Assembly: GCA_011322135.1 (NCBI GenBank)
Contig: DRNP01000043.1
Location: forward strand, 1 to 57,631
Reading direction: 5' to 3'
Source: Candidatus Kaiserbacteria bacterium
GTDB taxonomy: Bacteria > Patescibacteriota > Minisyncoccia > Phycocordibacterales > Phycocordibacteraceae
Length of the DNA stretch: 57,631 bases
A model generated the notes under the pieces. It was not told the origin of the DNA. It saw nothing but the letters and a program-made list of their open reading frames with translations, and ran no database searches. Both the position numbers and the translations under genes were made by a program. Numbering within the stretch: position 1 is the first letter of the stretch; every line of letters begins with the position of its first letter. Below are positions 55,400 through 57,631 of this stretch, piece by piece.

Positions 55400-55434
55400 G
55401 ACTGTCCCCATTTCTTCGTGACTGTCCCCATTTC
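55393..55434 (+). repeat. Two tandem 21-nt units carrying the CGTGACTGTCCCCATTT core
   Basis: aaatcgtgactgtccccattt + cttcgtgactgtccccatttc. Confidence 0.85.
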
Positions 55435-55499
55435 TTTGAGGTATTCCTTACCTTTTTGTTCTTTAGCTCTTTTGAACCCTGCATTGCGCGGGGTTCTTT

Positions 55500-56225
55500 T
55501 TATTCAATAACAAATGTCTTTTCTCCCACTTTTTTGTTGTAAGGGTTTCCGTAAGGCCCTGTATAAGTAACACTGCTATCGAAAACAGATAATTTTATGG
55601 TGTTATCTGTCATGAACGTGGCTTCTATCTCGTCTAGTAATCCATAGGACTTTGCATATGTCTGACTACCAACAAGCCGCGAACCCGGCACGTCTTGTAA
55701 TGCATTCATTCCGGGCTTGTAGTATGTAAGTTTTTTATCTGAAACAAAGACTATCGTAGTGCTACTTTGCAACACATTGTTTGCAAGTGTACTAGAACCT
55801 ACGTACGCTTCTTGCGACAAACTATACACTTGGTAGTACGATCCCTTTGCGTTGAACGATGCAACCAGAGCGAACCCATTATATAGGGCAATCAAAGAGC
55901 TGTTCGCTAGACCTTCTTCTTCGCTAAGACAATATGCTTCGCTCGGATTCGCACACCGCGCGGGCATAAATATTTGCCTCAAGAATGTTTCCCCGACCTC
56001 AGGTAAATTCGCATACTTCCCCTCTTTCTTAGTATAGAGCCGATCTTTCTCAAGAGAAGAGAGGTCAATACCAGCAAGCGGATTGGTCGAGGTTGCGACG
56101 GATGCTTCAGACGTTGAAGTTGCAATCTGGTCTTGAGTGGCTGGCACATGAGGACGCGAGAGTGCATACCAACTGGTACCGATGATTGCTAGCACAATCA
56201 TTCCGAGGGCAATCTTCATTTTCAT
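55500..56225 (-). CDS. Secreted/membrane-anchored hypothetical protein (paralog A)
   Basis: N-terminal TM, then ATSTNPLAGIDLSSLEKDRLYTKKEGKYANLP, shared with paralog B. Confidence 0.6.
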   Translation of the reverse strand: MKMKIALGMIVLAIIGTSWYALSRPHVPATQDQIATSTSEASVATSTNPLAGIDLSSLEKDRLYTKKEGKYANLPEVGETFLRQIFMPARCANPSEAYCLSEEEGLANSSLIALYNGFALVASFNAKGSYYQVYSLSQEAYVGSSTLANNVLQSSTTIVFVSDKKLTYYKPGMNALQDVPGSRLVGSQTYAKSYGLLDEIEATFMTDNTIKLSVFDSSVTYTGPYGNPYNKKVGEKTFVIE

Positions 56226-56346
56226 GTTGTCATAGTATCACAGACAACGTCTGCCTCTGGGAGACGTGCCAGCTCCTCAATTGAGGTATTCCTTACTTTT
56301 TTGTTCTTTAGTTCTTTTGAACCTCGCGCAATGCGGGGTTCTTTTA

Positions 56347-57090
56347 TTACAGCAATCCTAAATCGAACGACACGGTTCGATTTGTTTTTGGGGCAAGCAT
56401 TTCGGAAGATCCTCTGCTATCAAAAAGGCTGATGCTCAACAAGTTTCCATTGAACGAGAATTGCGAGATCTGCATGCCCATGCCAGCGTAGTACCAATAC
56501 GATTCTGATGCAGATAAAGACGACCTTGGGACGAGGGCAAAAGCGGTCATACCCGGACGATAGTAGAGAAGCTCCTCTCTCTGTCCTGGTAGATTGTTTA
56601 TGTATACGACAAACGTCTTGTTCTCTATCTGCGAGCCAAAATACATCAAAGATTGCCCGAGCTTCTCATGGAGCGCGTTATAGGTGACATAATAGGAACT
56701 TCCTTTTCCTGTAGGAACACTAAATAGGAAAATGTTATTTTTAGCAGCAATGATCCTGCTCTCAGGAATGATCTCTTGCCACACATTACAATAGTTACCG
56801 CTAAGATTTTCTACACATTCAGGCGCGAGCGCCTCCCATAATAATTCTTGTCCTGCTTTGGGAAGATTAGAGTATTTCCCTTCTTCTTCGGTATAAAGCG
56901 TATTCTTCTCAAGAGAAGAGAGGTCAATACCAGCAAGCGGATTGGTCGAGGTTGCAACAGGTGCTTCTGGCGTTGAAGTCGCGTTCATGTTTGACGCAAC
57001 CGGTGTGTGTGGATGCAAGAACGCGAACCATGCACCGAAGCCAACAAGAATAATGGCAGCGGTGGTGGCAATGATTGCCTTTCTGTTCAT
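56347..57090 (-). CDS. Secreted/membrane-anchored hypothetical protein (paralog B)
   Basis: ORF 56347..57111; likely start MNRKAII at 57090. ATSTNPLAGIDLSSLEKNTLYTEEEGKYSNLP. Confidence 0.6.
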   Translation of the reverse strand: MNRKAIIATTAAIILVGFGAWFAFLHPHTPVASNMNATSTPEAPVATSTNPLAGIDLSSLEKNTLYTEEEGKYSNLPKAGQELLWEALAPECVENLSGNYCNVWQEIIPESRIIAAKNNIFLFSVPTGKGSSYYVTYNALHEKLGQSLMYFGSQIENKTFVVYINNLPGQREELLYYRPGMTAFALVPRSSLSASESYWYYAGMGMQISQFSFNGNLLSISLFDSRGSSEMLAPKTNRTVSFDLGLL

Positions 57091-57114
57091 GAGCGAATGG
57101 TACCATAGCAATTA

Positions 57115-57157
57115 TGGAGAACGCGCGCGTCGACTTCGTCGACGCGCGCGTTCTCCA
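57115..57157. repeat. Perfect 20-bp GC-rich stem with 3-nt loop
   Basis: tggagaacgcgcgcgtcgac-ttc-gtcgacgcgcgcgttctcca, 25 nt upstream of the paralog B start. Confidence 0.8.
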
Positions 57158-57202
57158 GGCTGATACACCTCCTTCATCTTTTTCGCCACCTGCAAGATAT
57201 TA

Positions 57203-57219
57203 AAATCGTAGCTGTCCCA
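57203..57219 (+). repeat. Degenerate motif copy at the island right end
   Basis: aaatcgtagctgtccca. Confidence 0.5.
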
Positions 57220-57230
57220 CCCTTACCATT

Positions 57231-57273
57231 TACGCGATGTAATATTTTTCACACATTACTGCAAAAATAAAGC
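57231..57273. repeat. Island direct repeat, right copy
   Basis: tacgcgatgtaatatttttcacacattactgcaaaaataaagc. Confidence 0.85.
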
Positions 57274-57313
57274 AAAAAGTTTGCGCACGAGTGTTATAGT
57301 TATATTTACAGTT

Positions 57314-57631
57314 ATGCAACACACACCGCGATTTGTATGGGACGCACAAGAATACGAATTCGACGATAAGCCTGCCGAATGGTATTGGGGTTTGGGTGTT
57401 ATCGCAACGGCTAGTATTATTGCCAGTGTTCTTTTCGGAAATTATCTCCTTGCAATTGTTTTTTTAACAGCAACATTTGCTATCGGACTACAAGCCACGA
57501 AAAAACCTAATACTCATCACATTGTTCTCTCCGAACAAGGACTGGCAATCGAACACCGTTTATACCCTTTTGATATAATGCACTCCTTCAGCATGTTCGA
57601 GCACATTGATAAATCAAAACCTCCCATATTA
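57314..57631 (+). CDS. Hypothetical two-TM protein (3'-partial, runs off the window)
   Basis: Not in the supplied track (no stop in the window). ATG at 57314; hand translation MQHTPRFVWDAQEYEFDDKPAEWYWGLGVIATASIIASVLFGNYLLAIVFLTATFAIGLQ... is open to the end. Confidence 0.5.
   Translation, partial: MQHTPRFVWDAQEYEFDDKPAEWYWGLGVIATASIIASVLFGNYLLAIVFLTATFAIGLQATKKPNTHHIVLSEQGLAIEHRLYPFDIMHSFSMFEHIDKSKPPIL

Larger units (their letters stand above)
48258..57273. mobile_element. Putative ~8.9-kb genomic island bounded by 41-bp direct repeats (no recombinase gene inside)
   Basis: 48258-48298 and 57231-57273 share tacg(cg)atgtaatat(c/t)tttcacacattactgcaaaaataaagc. The interior holds only accessory-type genes, internal repeats and a gene fragment. 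Confidence 0.5.

Noticed and set aside
55393-55434. A CRISPR array, considered because of short direct repeats in the island.
   Set aside because: There are only two adjacent 21-nt units with no spacers, and the other copies are kilobases apart in mixed orientation. No cas genes are in the window.
57090-57175. Small upstream ORF starting at the ATG inside the conserved block (MKEVYQPGERARRRSRRARSP) preceded by the AAGGAGG-containing sequence.
   Set aside because: The equivalent ORF upstream of the giant gene is only 5 codons (MKEVS*), so the coding potential is not conserved. The Arg-rich product simply reflects the GC hairpin.

Overview
AT-rich 57.6-kb window using the standard genetic code (TGA acts as a stop, e.g. 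at the end of efp). Most genes are on the minus strand and tightly packed. The content looks like a small-genome Patescibacteria/CPR (Parcubacteria-like) bacterium; this is an inference from gene content, and no rRNA is present to confirm it. Housekeeping genes recognised by motif: ftsK, recA, an ECF sigma factor plus membrane partner, efp, rpsF-ssb-rpsR, tatD, metG, an AI-2E transporter, glyQS, recO-like, ileS, argS, glyA, dut, secE-nusG-rplK, rplS, an RluA-type synthase, truB, ruvX, a Trbp111/CsaA-like tRNA-binding protein, pilM/N/O-like genes, a PduO-type adenosyltransferase and a SIMPL protein. There are six tRNAs (His-GTG, Leu-GAG, Val-TAC, Leu-CAG, Arg-TCT, Ser-TGA), two type II toxin-antitoxin pairs, and many small membrane or secreted hypotheticals. 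Three things stand out. (1) A translationally coupled plus-strand operon (29879-34682) sits between dut/glyA and a Nudix-like gene. It encodes a ParB/Srx-like protein, an inverted tandem cytidine deaminase, an 803-aa thymidylate-synthase-fold fusion with many substituted substrate ligands, and a HAD pyrimidine-nucleotidase-like protein. This is a candidate non-canonical pyrimidine synthesis or modification system. (2) An ~8.9-kb insertion (48299-57230) is bracketed by a 41-bp direct repeat between truB and a divergent gene. It carries an IR-flanked RelE/AbrB cassette, a 1375-aa secreted beta-helix plus LCAT-like lipase/acyltransferase, multipass membrane proteins, an orphan copy of the giant gene's 3' end, tandem secreted paralogs, and a recurring TCGTGACTGTCCC motif at module junctions. 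(3) IleRS carries an in-frame, apparently catalytically complete histidine-phosphatase domain. All domain calls come from reading motifs by eye; no database search was possible.
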